Assembly (NCBI GenBank): GCA_963796275.1
Contig: CAWCKY010000004.1
Location: forward strand, 1,120,001-1,184,000
Source of the DNA: an uncultured Acidobacteriota bacterium
Lineage (GTDB): Bacteria; Acidobacteriota; Blastocatellia; RBC074
DNA length: 64,000 bases
Direction: 5' to 3'
Positions 26,175-34,522 of the stretch are shown here, one piece after another (position 1 is the stretch's first letter; each line of letters opens with the position of its first letter). Under the pieces are notes generated by a model. The model ran no database searches and was not told where the DNA came from. It worked only from the letters and a program-made list of their open reading frames with translations. The translations under genes were made by a program, and so were the position numbers.

Positions 26175-26291
26175 GCAATCCTTGAGTTTACATAAACTTA
26201 GAAAATTACTGGGGAACTGGTAATTTGAAATGCCTCCGCAGTTGCAGGAACAATAAAATAATAAGCAGCATAGAAAGAAATACGCGGACAT

Positions 26292-26984
26292 ATGCTCGGC
26301 GGATATATTGGTGATGTTTGCCAGCGCGGGCTTGACAGTCTAGTTCGTCAGATTGCGCGCCTCAATCCGAATCCGAATCTGATCTCGGTAATCGGGCTCG
26401 GTATCAATATATTTGCCGCTCTGCTCTACGGCTATGGAAAGTTCTTTTATGCCGGATTGGTGATGATCTTTGCCAACATCTTCGATATCCTGGATGGGCG
26501 TGTTGCACGTTTGACGGGTCGCGTGACCAAGTTCGGAGCCTTCCTCGATTCAAGTCTGGACAGGCTGTCGGATATGGTCGTCTTTCTGGGCATTATTATC
26601 TTCTATTCCCGCGACACTGAATACCACAGCACGCTTTACGCTGCGCTGACCGGCGCGGCTCTCATCGGATCGGTTATGGTCAGCTACACCAGCGCGCGCG
26701 CAGAATCGCTCATCCCAAAATGCGATGTCGGATTTTTGCGGCGCCCTGAAAGAGTCGTCCTGTTGATCCTCGGATCGCTTACAGTCTGGCCACAATCTTC
26801 GCATCCATTGCTCAACAAGATGCCGGCGACAATCTGGTTGATGGCGGCGCTCTCCTATTGGACTTTTTTACACCGGCTATATCACACCTGGCGACAGTAT
26901 CCGAGATATAGAAAGTCAGGAGACGGCGCATCGAAAGGAAACGGTGAAAGCCAAGGAAAACCAGCATTTGCGTTTGGAACATGA
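26292..26984 (+). CDS. CDP-alcohol phosphatidyltransferase
   Basis: Signature DILDGRVARLTGRVTKFGAFLDSSLDRLSD. Confidence 0.93.
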   Translation: MLGGYIGDVCQRGLDSLVRQIARLNPNPNLISVIGLGINIFAALLYGYGKFFYAGLVMIFANIFDILDGRVARLTGRVTKFGAFLDSSLDRLSDMVVFLGIIIFYSRDTEYHSTLYAALTGAALIGSVMVSYTSARAESLIPKCDVGFLRRPERVVLLILGSLTVWPQSSHPLLNKMPATIWLMAALSYWTFLHRLYHTWRQYPRYRKSGDGASKGNGESQGKPAFAFGT

Positions 26985-27077
26985 TCCTGCTTGAGAGCTT
27001 TCGGTCTTTAGTTTTCAATTTCAATGTAACCGCCCGGAAAACTAATTCTGATATCATCGCCCCTGATATGAACAAAT

Positions 27078-27965
27078 ATGGCAAATAAATCTTCGCAAAG
27101 TTCAATTGTTTGCCCGTGCTGTGGGAATCAGCGGGAAATCGCCTCAACCGAATGCTCTTCATGTGGTGCGCGCCAGGTGGGCGAGCCGCTCGCTCCACCC
27201 GATATACTATTACCGAAGCTCGGCCCTGCCCTCATCGCTTTCGCTTGTGGGCTCGTCGTCATCATCGTCTTTATCTCGGTCTGGATCTTCGGTAATGATA
27301 TGCTGGTAGGGCGGGCTCTTCTAGTGGGCCTGTTGGGCGACGGTACCAAACTGACCGAGAGACTTCTGCGAGTCGATCCGAATCTGCCTTATTATCGCAT
27401 CTTCAGTTACGATGCCTATCGGCTGGCGTCCTTCCTATCGATGGGCCTTGTCCCTCTGTCGCTTGCGGGCGTCTGGCTGGCGCGTCGCGCGATGCGGCTG
27501 AATAGAAACGATCCTTCACGATTCGGTGGGTTTTCATTGGCGAGAATCTCGTTCGCTCTCTCGGCCATCCTCTTACTGACGTTCAGCACAGTGGGGATAT
27601 CCGCAATTCCCGGAGCGATCGAAAAAGGACGGGCCAGACGCCTCGCGGCAACTCACGCTAGAATGTACCAACTGCACAGACAGGCGCTGCAAAAATATTT
27701 CAAAGAATATGGCAGTTATCCGCAGGAACTTACAGACCTCTCGCGCGTCAGCGCAGAATCAGCACCACAATTAGACTATTGGGAGCGAACCTTCAGCTAT
27801 CTGCCCGAAAGCGTCATCGCATCGAAGGGCATGGCCATCAGTTTCAGCAACTACAAACTCATTTCTGCAGGCCCTGACGGAAATTTCGGCACGGAAGACG
27901 ACATCACAATGGTCGATGGTGTAATAATCAGCGGCCAATCCGATACCGACCTGCCGGGGAAATAA
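27078..27965 (+). CDS. Zinc-ribbon + multi-TM + GspG-like C-terminal domain protein
   Basis: CPCC...CSSC at the N-terminus, TM helices, then LQKYFKEYGSYP...DYW...ISAGPDGNFGTEDDI. Confidence 0.65.
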   Translation: MANKSSQSSIVCPCCGNQREIASTECSSCGARQVGEPLAPPDILLPKLGPALIAFACGLVVIIVFISVWIFGNDMLVGRALLVGLLGDGTKLTERLLRVDPNLPYYRIFSYDAYRLASFLSMGLVPLSLAGVWLARRAMRLNRNDPSRFGGFSLARISFALSAILLLTFSTVGISAIPGAIEKGRARRLAATHARMYQLHRQALQKYFKEYGSYPQELTDLSRVSAESAPQLDYWERTFSYLPESVIASKGMAISFSNYKLISAGPDGNFGTEDDITMVDGVIISGQSDTDLPGK

Positions 27966-28053
27966 TTGATAATGGATAATTGATAATTCGTATAGACTGT
28001 GGCAACAATTTATACGAATTATCAATTATCCATTATCAATTATCCATTATTTT
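27960..28053. repeat. Heptamer inverted repeat (GATAATT/G)n...(AATTATC)n
   Basis: Seen directly. Confidence 0.85.
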
Positions 28054-29559
28054 ATGTTTCGCAAAATACTGATAGCCAATCGCGGTGAGATAGCGGTTAG
28101 GTTGATCCGCGCGTGCCGCGACCTTGGCATCTCACCGATAGCTGTTTATTCGGAGGCGGACCGCCAGGCTCTGCACGTTCGTTTGTCCGACGAGGCCTAT
28201 TTCATCGGAGAGTCGCCCGCCTCACAAAGTTATCTCGTCGCCGACAAGATTATCGATGCTGCGCGCCAATCAGGTGCAGATGCGATACATCCGGGTTATG
28301 GCTTTCTATCCGAACGAGGATCGTTTGCGCGCGCAGTCGCAGAGGCTGGAATTACATTCATCGGCCCATCTCCCGAATCGATCGAACTGATGGGCGACAA
28401 GACCAGTGCGCGCATCGCGGCTCGCAAGGCCGGCGCTCCTATCGTTCCCGGGACGACGCAGCCTATAACCAGCGAAGCCGAGGCCCGCAAGCTGGCCTCC
28501 GAAATCGGTTTCCCGGTTTTGCTCAAAGCGTCGGCCGGCGGCGGCGGCAAAGGGATGCGCACGGTTCGTTCGGCTGAGGAGATAAGCGCCGCATTCTCTA
28601 TGGCCGGCGCAGAAGCGCTCTCCGCATTCGGCGATCCATCGGTTTACATCGAGAAGTTGATCGAGCGGCCCCGCCATATCGAGATTCAGATCATTGGCGA
28701 CCAGCACGGTCATATGGTTCATCTGGGTGAGCGCGAATGCTCTCTCCAGCGACGCCATCAGAAAGTGATCGAGGAATGCCCCGCTAGCTTCAATGACCCG
28801 GATCTGCGTGAGCGAATGGGCGCGGCGGCGATTAAGATTGCGCGCGCCGCCGATTATTACAATGCGGGCACGATCGAATTCCTCGTGGATGTGCATAAGA
28901 GTTTCTACTTCCTCGAAATGAATACGCGCCTGCAGGTGGAACATCCTGTCACGGAACTGGTCACCGGGATCGATTTGGTGCGCGACCAGATCAGAATCGC
29001 CGCGGGCGAAAAATTGGCATATCAACAGAAGGACGTGAGGTGGATAGGTTCGGCGATCGAATGCCGGGTTTATGCGGAAGACCCCGATCAAAATTTCCTG
29101 CCCTCGCCAGGTAAGATTTCACAATTGAAGACCCCGGCCGGGCCCGGCGTGCGTGACGACAGCGGCGTTTACGAAGGATGGGAGGTCCCGATATTCTACG
29201 ACCCGATGATTTCGAAATTGGCTACTTGGGGAGCGAGCCGCGACGAAGCGCTATCTCGTATGAAAAGGGCGTTGAGCGAATATCTGGTCGGCGGAATTCG
29301 CACGACAATCCCCTTTTTCGAAGAAGTGCTGGAGGATGATGAATTTCAACGCGGCGAGATCGATACGGGATACATCGGCAGATTTATCGAACGAAAGAAG
29401 CTGAGAAGCGTGGAGACTGACGGAGAGATCATAGATCAGGATATTGTCGCCGCCATCGTCGCCGCTCAAAATTTCATGCAAAAATCGGCCCACGTGGATG
29501 TAACGGTTAAACGTACGAGCAGATGGAAAACAGCCGGCAGGCTGGCTGCGCTGAAATAG
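28054..29559 (+). CDS. accC: Acetyl/propionyl-CoA carboxylase biotin carboxylase subunit
   Basis: ANRGEIA, HPGYGFLSE, GGGGKGMR, ERECSLQRRHQK, EMNTRLQVEH. Confidence 0.95.
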   Translation: MFRKILIANRGEIAVRLIRACRDLGISPIAVYSEADRQALHVRLSDEAYFIGESPASQSYLVADKIIDAARQSGADAIHPGYGFLSERGSFARAVAEAGITFIGPSPESIELMGDKTSARIAARKAGAPIVPGTTQPITSEAEARKLASEIGFPVLLKASAGGGGKGMRTVRSAEEISAAFSMAGAEALSAFGDPSVYIEKLIERPRHIEIQIIGDQHGHMVHLGERECSLQRRHQKVIEECPASFNDPDLRERMGAAAIKIARAADYYNAGTIEFLVDVHKSFYFLEMNTRLQVEHPVTELVTGIDLVRDQIRIAAGEKLAYQQKDVRWIGSAIECRVYAEDPDQNFLPSPGKISQLKTPAGPGVRDDSGVYEGWEVPIFYDPMISKLATWGASRDEALSRMKRALSEYLVGGIRTTIPFFEEVLEDDEFQRGEIDTGYIGRFIERKKLRSVETDGEIIDQDIVAAIVAAQNFMQKSAHVDVTVKRTSRWKTAGRLAALK

Positions 29560-29560
29560 A

Positions 29561-29606
29561 TGCCTGATCGCTGACGCCTGATCCTTGATCGCTGACCCCT
29601 GATCCT
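29561..29606. repeat. Tandem heptamer (CCTGATC-like)
   Basis: TGCCTGATCGCTGACGCCTGATCCTTGATCGCTGACCCCTGATCCT. Confidence 0.7.
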
Positions 29607-30887
29607 ATGGATACAATAAAGGAAAAAAAGAGGAAAAATGGCCAAAAGATTTTTGCCTTTATTGCTCTTTTTTGCCTCTGTTGTTTCTCTTCTCTCACAA
29701 TCGCTGCAGCTCCCATCCCGGTCCCGGATCCGAGCCAAAAAGCTCTTTCCTATTACCACGGAGGCTTGCTGATCAGGTTCTTCAGCACGGCCGGCAGCTG
29801 GCTGATTCTAGGGTTAGTCCTCTTCACCGGGCTCTCGGCGCGCATCCGCGACTTGGCGCGGCGCATAGGTAAAAGATGGTTCTTCACGATCGGCATCTAC
29901 ATCTCGATCCTGATCATTATTTTTTTTGTGATCGATCTACCGCTCAGCTACTACGCCGGATATCTGCGCGAACATAGTTATGGATTATCGAACCAGACAT
30001 TCGGCAAATGGTTCGGCAATTCTCTCAAATGGCTCGTGATCGCTCTGATTGCCGGGTTTCTCTTCGCCTGGATCCCTTACCTGCTGATCGCGCGGAGTCC
30101 GAGACGCTGGTGGCTTTACACAGGATTGCTTTCTGTCCCTTTGATGGTCGCATCGACCCTGATTGCACCCATCTGGATCGACCCTCTCTTCAACGAATTC
30201 GGGCCGATGGAGAACAAAGAGACCGAAGCCAAGATAATCGATATGGCGGAACGCGCAGGCATCGAAGGCGGGCGCGTTTTCGAAGTCAACAAGAGCGCTG
30301 ATACCAAAGCGATTAACGCATATGTCACCGGCTTCGGAAACACCAAACGCATCGTACTCTGGGATACGGCGATCGATAAGCTCGATGAAAACGAACTGCT
30401 TTTCGTCATGGGGCACGAGATGGGCCATTACGTACTCGGCCACATCTGGAAATCGATCATATTCTTCTCGCTGCTCGCTATCGTCACACTCTATGCGATA
30501 GACCGAACAGCCAGATGGTTGATCAACAGGTACCATACCAGCTTCGGATTCAATGAGCTATCAGACGTTGCGTCGTCGCCGTTGCTCGTTCTTTTACTAA
30601 GCCTCTACTGCATCATCATCGTCCCGATCGCATTAACTTATACGCGTCACATCGAACATGAGTCAGACCGTTTCGGTCTGGAGATCACGCAGGACAACCG
30701 AGCTGCCGCGAATGCCTTCGTCAAACTGCAGATGGAAAATCTGGGCGTGCCGCGACCGCATTGGATATTCAAGTTTTTGCGTCATACCCATCCCACTCTT
30801 GGCGAGCGGATCGACTTCTGCAATGAATATCGGCCATGGGAGAGGGGCGAGCAGTTAAAATATGCGCATCTCATCCGAAAACGATAG
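29607..30887 (+). CDS. M48-family (Ste24-like) membrane zinc metalloprotease
   Basis: NAYVTGFGNTKRIVLWDT, HEMGH, EHESD, THPTLGERI. Confidence 0.93.
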   Translation: MDTIKEKKRKNGQKIFAFIALFCLCCFSSLTIAAAPIPVPDPSQKALSYYHGGLLIRFFSTAGSWLILGLVLFTGLSARIRDLARRIGKRWFFTIGIYISILIIIFFVIDLPLSYYAGYLREHSYGLSNQTFGKWFGNSLKWLVIALIAGFLFAWIPYLLIARSPRRWWLYTGLLSVPLMVASTLIAPIWIDPLFNEFGPMENKETEAKIIDMAERAGIEGGRVFEVNKSADTKAINAYVTGFGNTKRIVLWDTAIDKLDENELLFVMGHEMGHYVLGHIWKSIIFFSLLAIVTLYAIDRTARWLINRYHTSFGFNELSDVASSPLLVLLLSLYCIIIVPIALTYTRHIEHESDRFGLEITQDNRAAANAFVKLQMENLGVPRPHWIFKFLRHTHPTLGERIDFCNEYRPWERGEQLKYAHLIRKR

Positions 30888-30901
30888 ACGGTAAAAAGCA
30901 A

Positions 30902-31402
30902 GTGAAACTCGAACTTGAAATTGACGGAAAAATTATGGAAGCGGAGTTCAGCTCATCCGATGGTACGGCTCTGCTCTCGTACGAGGATAAGATATACCGG
31001 GCCACCGTGAGCGAACCGGAGCCCGGAATATTCGTGATCCTCTTCAATAACCGCGTCTACCGCTGCGCCCTGAACAAATGGCCGGGTGGCGGGATGGAGG
31101 TGAACGTCAGCGGCCGACGCATTCCGGTCGCCGCTCGCGACAAGAAGCACCTGCGCGGAAATCCTGGCGCAGCCATTGGCGGCGACGGTCGTGTCACACT
31201 CTCCTCACCCATGCCGGGGAAAGTGGTCCGGATATTGCACGGTGTAGGTGACGAGGTAAACGCGCACCAGGGAGTGCTGATCGTCGAAGCGATGAAGATG
31301 CAGAATGAAGTGCAATCGCCGAAAGCTGGTAAGGTGACCGATTTATTCGTCAGTGAAGGTCAAACGGTTGAGGGCGGTGAGAAACTGGCCGTAATTGAAT
31401 AG
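30902..31402 (+). CDS. Biotin carboxyl carrier protein
   Basis: SPMPGKVV and EAMKMQNEV biotinylation motif; GTG start at 30902. Confidence 0.92.
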   Translation: MKLELEIDGKIMEAEFSSSDGTALLSYEDKIYRATVSEPEPGIFVILFNNRVYRCALNKWPGGGMEVNVSGRRIPVAARDKKHLRGNPGAAIGGDGRVTLSSPMPGKVVRILHGVGDEVNAHQGVLIVEAMKMQNEVQSPKAGKVTDLFVSEGQTVEGGEKLAVIE

Positions 31403-31412
31403 GTGTTTGTAT

Positions 31413-31608
31413 AAAAAACTACCGCAGATTCCGTAAAAGAGCGCACAGTGTTCTCCCCTCCTCTACACTCTTTTATGGTATCTGCGGCGTTCAATGACCC
31501 TTCAACAGGTAGTCCGAATATTTTGCTGCTGAGGAAAGCTTATTCCATCTTATAGCTCATCTAATTGAGCTTAAATGCCCATCTCACTATCATATCTATC
31601 GCTCTGTC
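31413..31608 (-). ncRNA. Candidate small RNA, copy 1
   Basis: Paralogous to 34123-34326; has its own promoter, a covarying internal hairpin, a long terminal hairpin and a U-run; no conserved ORF. Confidence 0.65.
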
Positions 31609-31614
31609 ACGCGT

Positions 31615-31680
31615 AATGTAATCCAATTAATTCTTTACGCATGCGAAGTAGGTCACAGAAGCAATGTGATAATGATCACA
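31615..31680 (-). promoter_or_regulatory. CRP-type class II promoter of sRNA copy 1
   Basis: -10 TACATT (31620-31615); TGCGA-AGTAGG-TCACA at 31642-31657 (centre -41.5); perfect TGTGA-TAATGA-TCACA at 31665-31680 (centre -64.5). Confidence 0.7.
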
Positions 31681-31775
31681 GTTCTGTTACAGGAATCGCG
31701 AATCGCGGCTTATGGAAATAGATACGGAGTTTTTGATAGCCCGCGAAGCGGGCGACAGCATAAAGCTGCTTTATC

Positions 31776-32758
31776 ATAGGGGTAGGAAGAGTCGATGGGT
31801 TCGACTCCCCTCCCTCCGAACCGGACGGGCGATTCTCCCGCATCCGGCTCTCCAGTCGGTGGTTTTACCTCCGAGAGGATTGACACTGTTTCGCATGGGC
31901 AGATGCTAACGAGAACAGCCCTTGCGCTTCAAAGTAGGCGTTTGGCCATCGCTGATGATCGAGACCTCGTACGCGTCCGTGTCTCCCTTGTCGGTGGCGC
32001 AAGAGCTTCTGAGTCTCATCCGAATCCATCTATCTCGATGGTTCGGTGATCTACTCCTGCGCTCCATCATTGGCCTTCACCTTGGCAAAGGCGGCCGACA
32101 GATTGGTCGCTGCGTAGACCTTATCAATCAGACTAAACCATTTGCCGCCCTTGATCCCTTTTTCAAGGGCAGTCAACATCCGTGCCGTCCAGACCGCAGG
32201 TTCCGCCCACGCCCAGCGTCGAACTATTTCGACCTCGGCCTCGGCTTCTCCGACTTGTTTAGTCTTCTCAGACACTCTCGTCGGTTGAGTTCCTTTGGTT
32301 TGCTCGCTCACGTCTCCACCTTCCTGTGCGCCCTTCACTCCGGCCCCATTACGGGCCTTCATCGCTACCTATGGGCACTCTGACTCCTCCGGGGGCGGTT
32401 CTTCGGTGTCGATGCACATGAACTCCGTCTCGTTATCCCCGAAGGTCTCCCTGATTCACGCGTCTGACCTTCCTGATCATTCCGTCTCCACGCACCTGGT
32501 AGGCCCCGGTCGTCGCTTTATCACGCTACCCCTCAGCGCGACCGATTTCCGGTCTTCCCGGTCGAGGCTTCGCCATCGAAAGGCAGGCTCGCCGACCATA
32601 CCCGGCCGAATCGAGTTGGTTATCCTACGGACTGATCGTTCACCTCCTGTTGCTCCCCACCCCGCCTCGTGGCGGCGCAATTACACTCGGTTACAGGCCG
32701 GAGAGCGTATGCCTGGAGAGGACTTTCACCCCTCTGATCAACGCGCTTTCAGGCGCAC
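31776..32758 (-). mobile_element. Group II intron (class C-like), internally deleted, 983 nt
   Basis: 5' end GTGCGCCTGAAAGCGCG; domain V/VI GAGAGCCGGATGCGGGAGAATCGCCCGTCCGGTTCGGAGGGAGGGG...CCTACCCCTAT; inserted 5 nt after a hairpin. Confidence 0.9.
31865..32311 (-). pseudogene. Remnant of intron-encoded reverse transcriptase/maturase
   Basis: N-terminal VWTARMLTALEKGIKGGKWFSLIDKVY...VKANDGA joined near 32035 to C-terminal DRWIRMRLRS...DHQRWPNAYFEAQGLFSL; the RT core including YADD is absent and there are further frameshifts. Confidence 0.85.
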
Positions 32759-32847
32759 CTATCGCCCGCTTCGCGGGCTACAGCAATATATCAAAAATCT
32801 TAATTTACAGAGTACTGATTAGTCTGTAACTTAAGTTGTCTTGTATT

Positions 32848-33560
32848 CTAGATTATCAGCAAAACATGCTGATAATGCTTATGCATCTTGCTTCTGGCAG
32901 TTTCGATGGAGAACTGCCAATTGATTTTGATCTGCTTTTCGCTGCGTTCTTTGACAAGCGCTAAAACTTGTTTCTCTAATTGCTGGATGGTCGGAATCCG
33001 CCGATCCAAACACTGGCGCGCCAGCGCCGAGAATTCACATTCGATCATGTTCAACCAACTAGCTGACTTGGGCGTGTAGTGAAACTCGAAGCGTTGCGAA
33101 AGGGCGAAGGCTTGGGCCACCGGAAAATGTTGGTAAAAAGCACTCGTCGTGTGCGTACTTAAATTGTCCTGCACTAACCGAATCTTGATCGCCTCCGGAT
33201 AGTTGGTGGCCAGTTCTTTGAGAAACAGCGCATACTCTCGCATGGTGCGTCGTGGCTCCACGCGCGCCAGGCGTTGACCTGTTAAAGGCTCAATCGCCGC
33301 AAGCAAACTGCACGATCCCTCTTTTTTATAGGCGTAATGCTCCTTGCGGACTTGACCACTTTGCATCCCAAGCGGCTCAACTACTTCCCCAATCAGGAAA
33401 CACGGCCGTTCATCGAAGCAAATGACTGGGTATTGCGGATCGTAAGGTTGACCATAGAGCCATAAGAGTTTTCCATCCGTGCGATAAACTCGCCATTGAT
33501 TCGGCCAATGCACCAGGGAGGTCTGCTTGAGATGCGGCTTCAACTCGTTTTTTTGAGAAT
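32848..33560 (-). CDS. IS630 transposase, DDE part (OrfB)
   Basis: CFDERP, VQDNLSTH, YTPKSASWLNMIECEF; reached by -1 frameshift at CTCAAAAAAACGAG. Confidence 0.85.
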
Positions 33561-34001
33561 CCGGCCGACGTGGGTATGCGAAATCTCTTCGCAATATTCC
33601 GCCTCGACCACCTTCTCGGCGAGCAAGCGCAGGCTCCACTTGGCGTGTCCTTCTGGCGTCTCGCTACAGGCTAAAGCCGTGATTTTGGCTCGCAGCTTGC
33701 CGTCGATCTCCGGCGGGCGCCCCGACCGCGGGGCATCTTCCAGGCACTTCAAGCCTTGCTTTTTGTAGCCATCGCGCCAGGCCGCGACCGTTACGTAGCT
33801 AACTCCTAAGGTCTCTGCCACGGCGGTTAGCGTTTTGCCGCGATCAAGTTCGAGTAACCCGGTGGCACGCTTGAACGTTTTGGCCGGTAGTTTTCCCTTG
33901 GAGATCAGAGACTCCAAGTAGGCTCGGTCCTTGGCGCTTAATTTAACGTGCCGTTTTTTCATCTCCTCATTATCAGGGAGATGCGTTAGATTATCAAACA
34001 A
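33540..34001 (-). CDS. IS630 transposase, HTH part (OrfA)
   Basis: LEDAPRSGRPP, ALACSETPEGHAKWSLRLLA, ending ILKKTS at the slippery A-run. Confidence 0.88.
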   Translation of the reverse strand: MFDNLTHLPDNEEMKKRHVKLSAKDRAYLESLISKGKLPAKTFKRATGLLELDRGKTLTAVAETLGVSYVTVAAWRDGYKKQGLKCLEDAPRSGRPPEIDGKLRAKITALACSETPEGHAKWSLRLLAEKVVEAEYCEEISHTHVGRILKKTS

Positions 34002-34034
34002 CTTAAGTTACAGAGTACTAGATATGATATCCCA

Positions 34035-34077
34035 ATAAAAAATCGAGCATGGGTATCTGAAATCGATACCCATGCTC
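34035..34077 (-). terminator. Rho-independent terminator
   Basis: 13-bp perfect stem GAGCATGGGTATC/GATACCCATGCTC followed on the minus strand by GATTTTTTATT. Confidence 0.7.
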
Positions 34078-34122
34078 AAAATGTGCAAGTTGTGTGTGTG
34101 TGCTTGAATTGTCGGTCAGTAT

Positions 34123-34326
34123 AAAAAACCAACCGCAGACTCCGTAAAAGATCGTACAGTGTTCTCCCCTCCTCTACGCTCTTTTACGGCATCCGCGGCG
34201 TTCAATAACCCTTAAACAGGTAGTCCGAGTTCTGATGCTGAGGAAAAAAGCTATACAACCAGCGGCTCGCTTGATCGAGCCATGATTGCCCATCTCACTA
34301 TCGTCTATCGTTTCTATCGCTCTGTC
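34123..34326 (-). ncRNA. Candidate small RNA, copy 2
   Basis: Paralogous to 31413-31608 with the same architecture. Confidence 0.65.
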
Positions 34327-34332
34327 ACACGT

Positions 34333-34398
34333 AATATAGACTGAATTATGTTTTGCGCATGCGAAGACGGTCACATGTGATGTGTGTGGTTGGTAACA
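34333..34398 (-). promoter_or_regulatory. CRP-type class II promoter of sRNA copy 2
   Basis: -10 TATATT (34338-34333); TGCGA-AGACGG-TCACA at 34360-34375 (-41.5); degenerate TGTGT-GGTTGG-TAACA at 34383-34398 (-64.5). Confidence 0.65.
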
Positions 34399-34522
34399 GG
34401 AAAGAGATTCTCTGCCAAAATCACCAACAAAAAGATGAAAACACAAAGAACTAAAAACCTGAAGATATCTCTTTTTTGAGTCGTTGGAATTTTTGTGACT
34501 TGGCGGTGCTCTTCTTCCGCCC

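Larger units (their letters stand above)
31737..32780. repeat. 61-bp REP-like palindrome split by the intron (31737-31775 + 32759-32780)
   Basis: Removing the intron gives TAGCCCGCGAAGCGGGCGACAGCATAAAGC-T-GCTTTATCCTATCGCCCGCTTCGCGGGCTA, two 30-bp arms with 2 mismatches. Confidence 0.85.
32820..34020 (-). mobile_element. IS630-family insertion sequence
   Basis: Terminal inverted repeats CTGTAACTTAAGTTGT / ACAACTTAAGTTACAG with TA at the ends; two overlapping transposase ORFs. Confidence 0.88.

Noticed and set aside
31360-31470. SD-like GAGGAGGGGAG followed by GTG as the start of a small protein
   Set aside because: The GTG is GTA in copy 2, and the frame runs antisense into the biotin-carrier gene.
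31712-32822. Plus-strand ORFs 31712, 31795, 31922 and 32295
   Set aside because: Antisense shadows of the group II intron.
31409-34400. The two ~270-bp repeats as ends of a composite transposon
   Set aside because: They are diverged direct repeats with promoter and terminator architecture; the intron and the IS each have their own ends.
34174-34446. 90-aa ORF or 39-aa peptide within sRNA copy 2 as a type I toxin
   Set aside because: The frame stops after three codons in copy 1, and the ORF overlaps the promoter elements.
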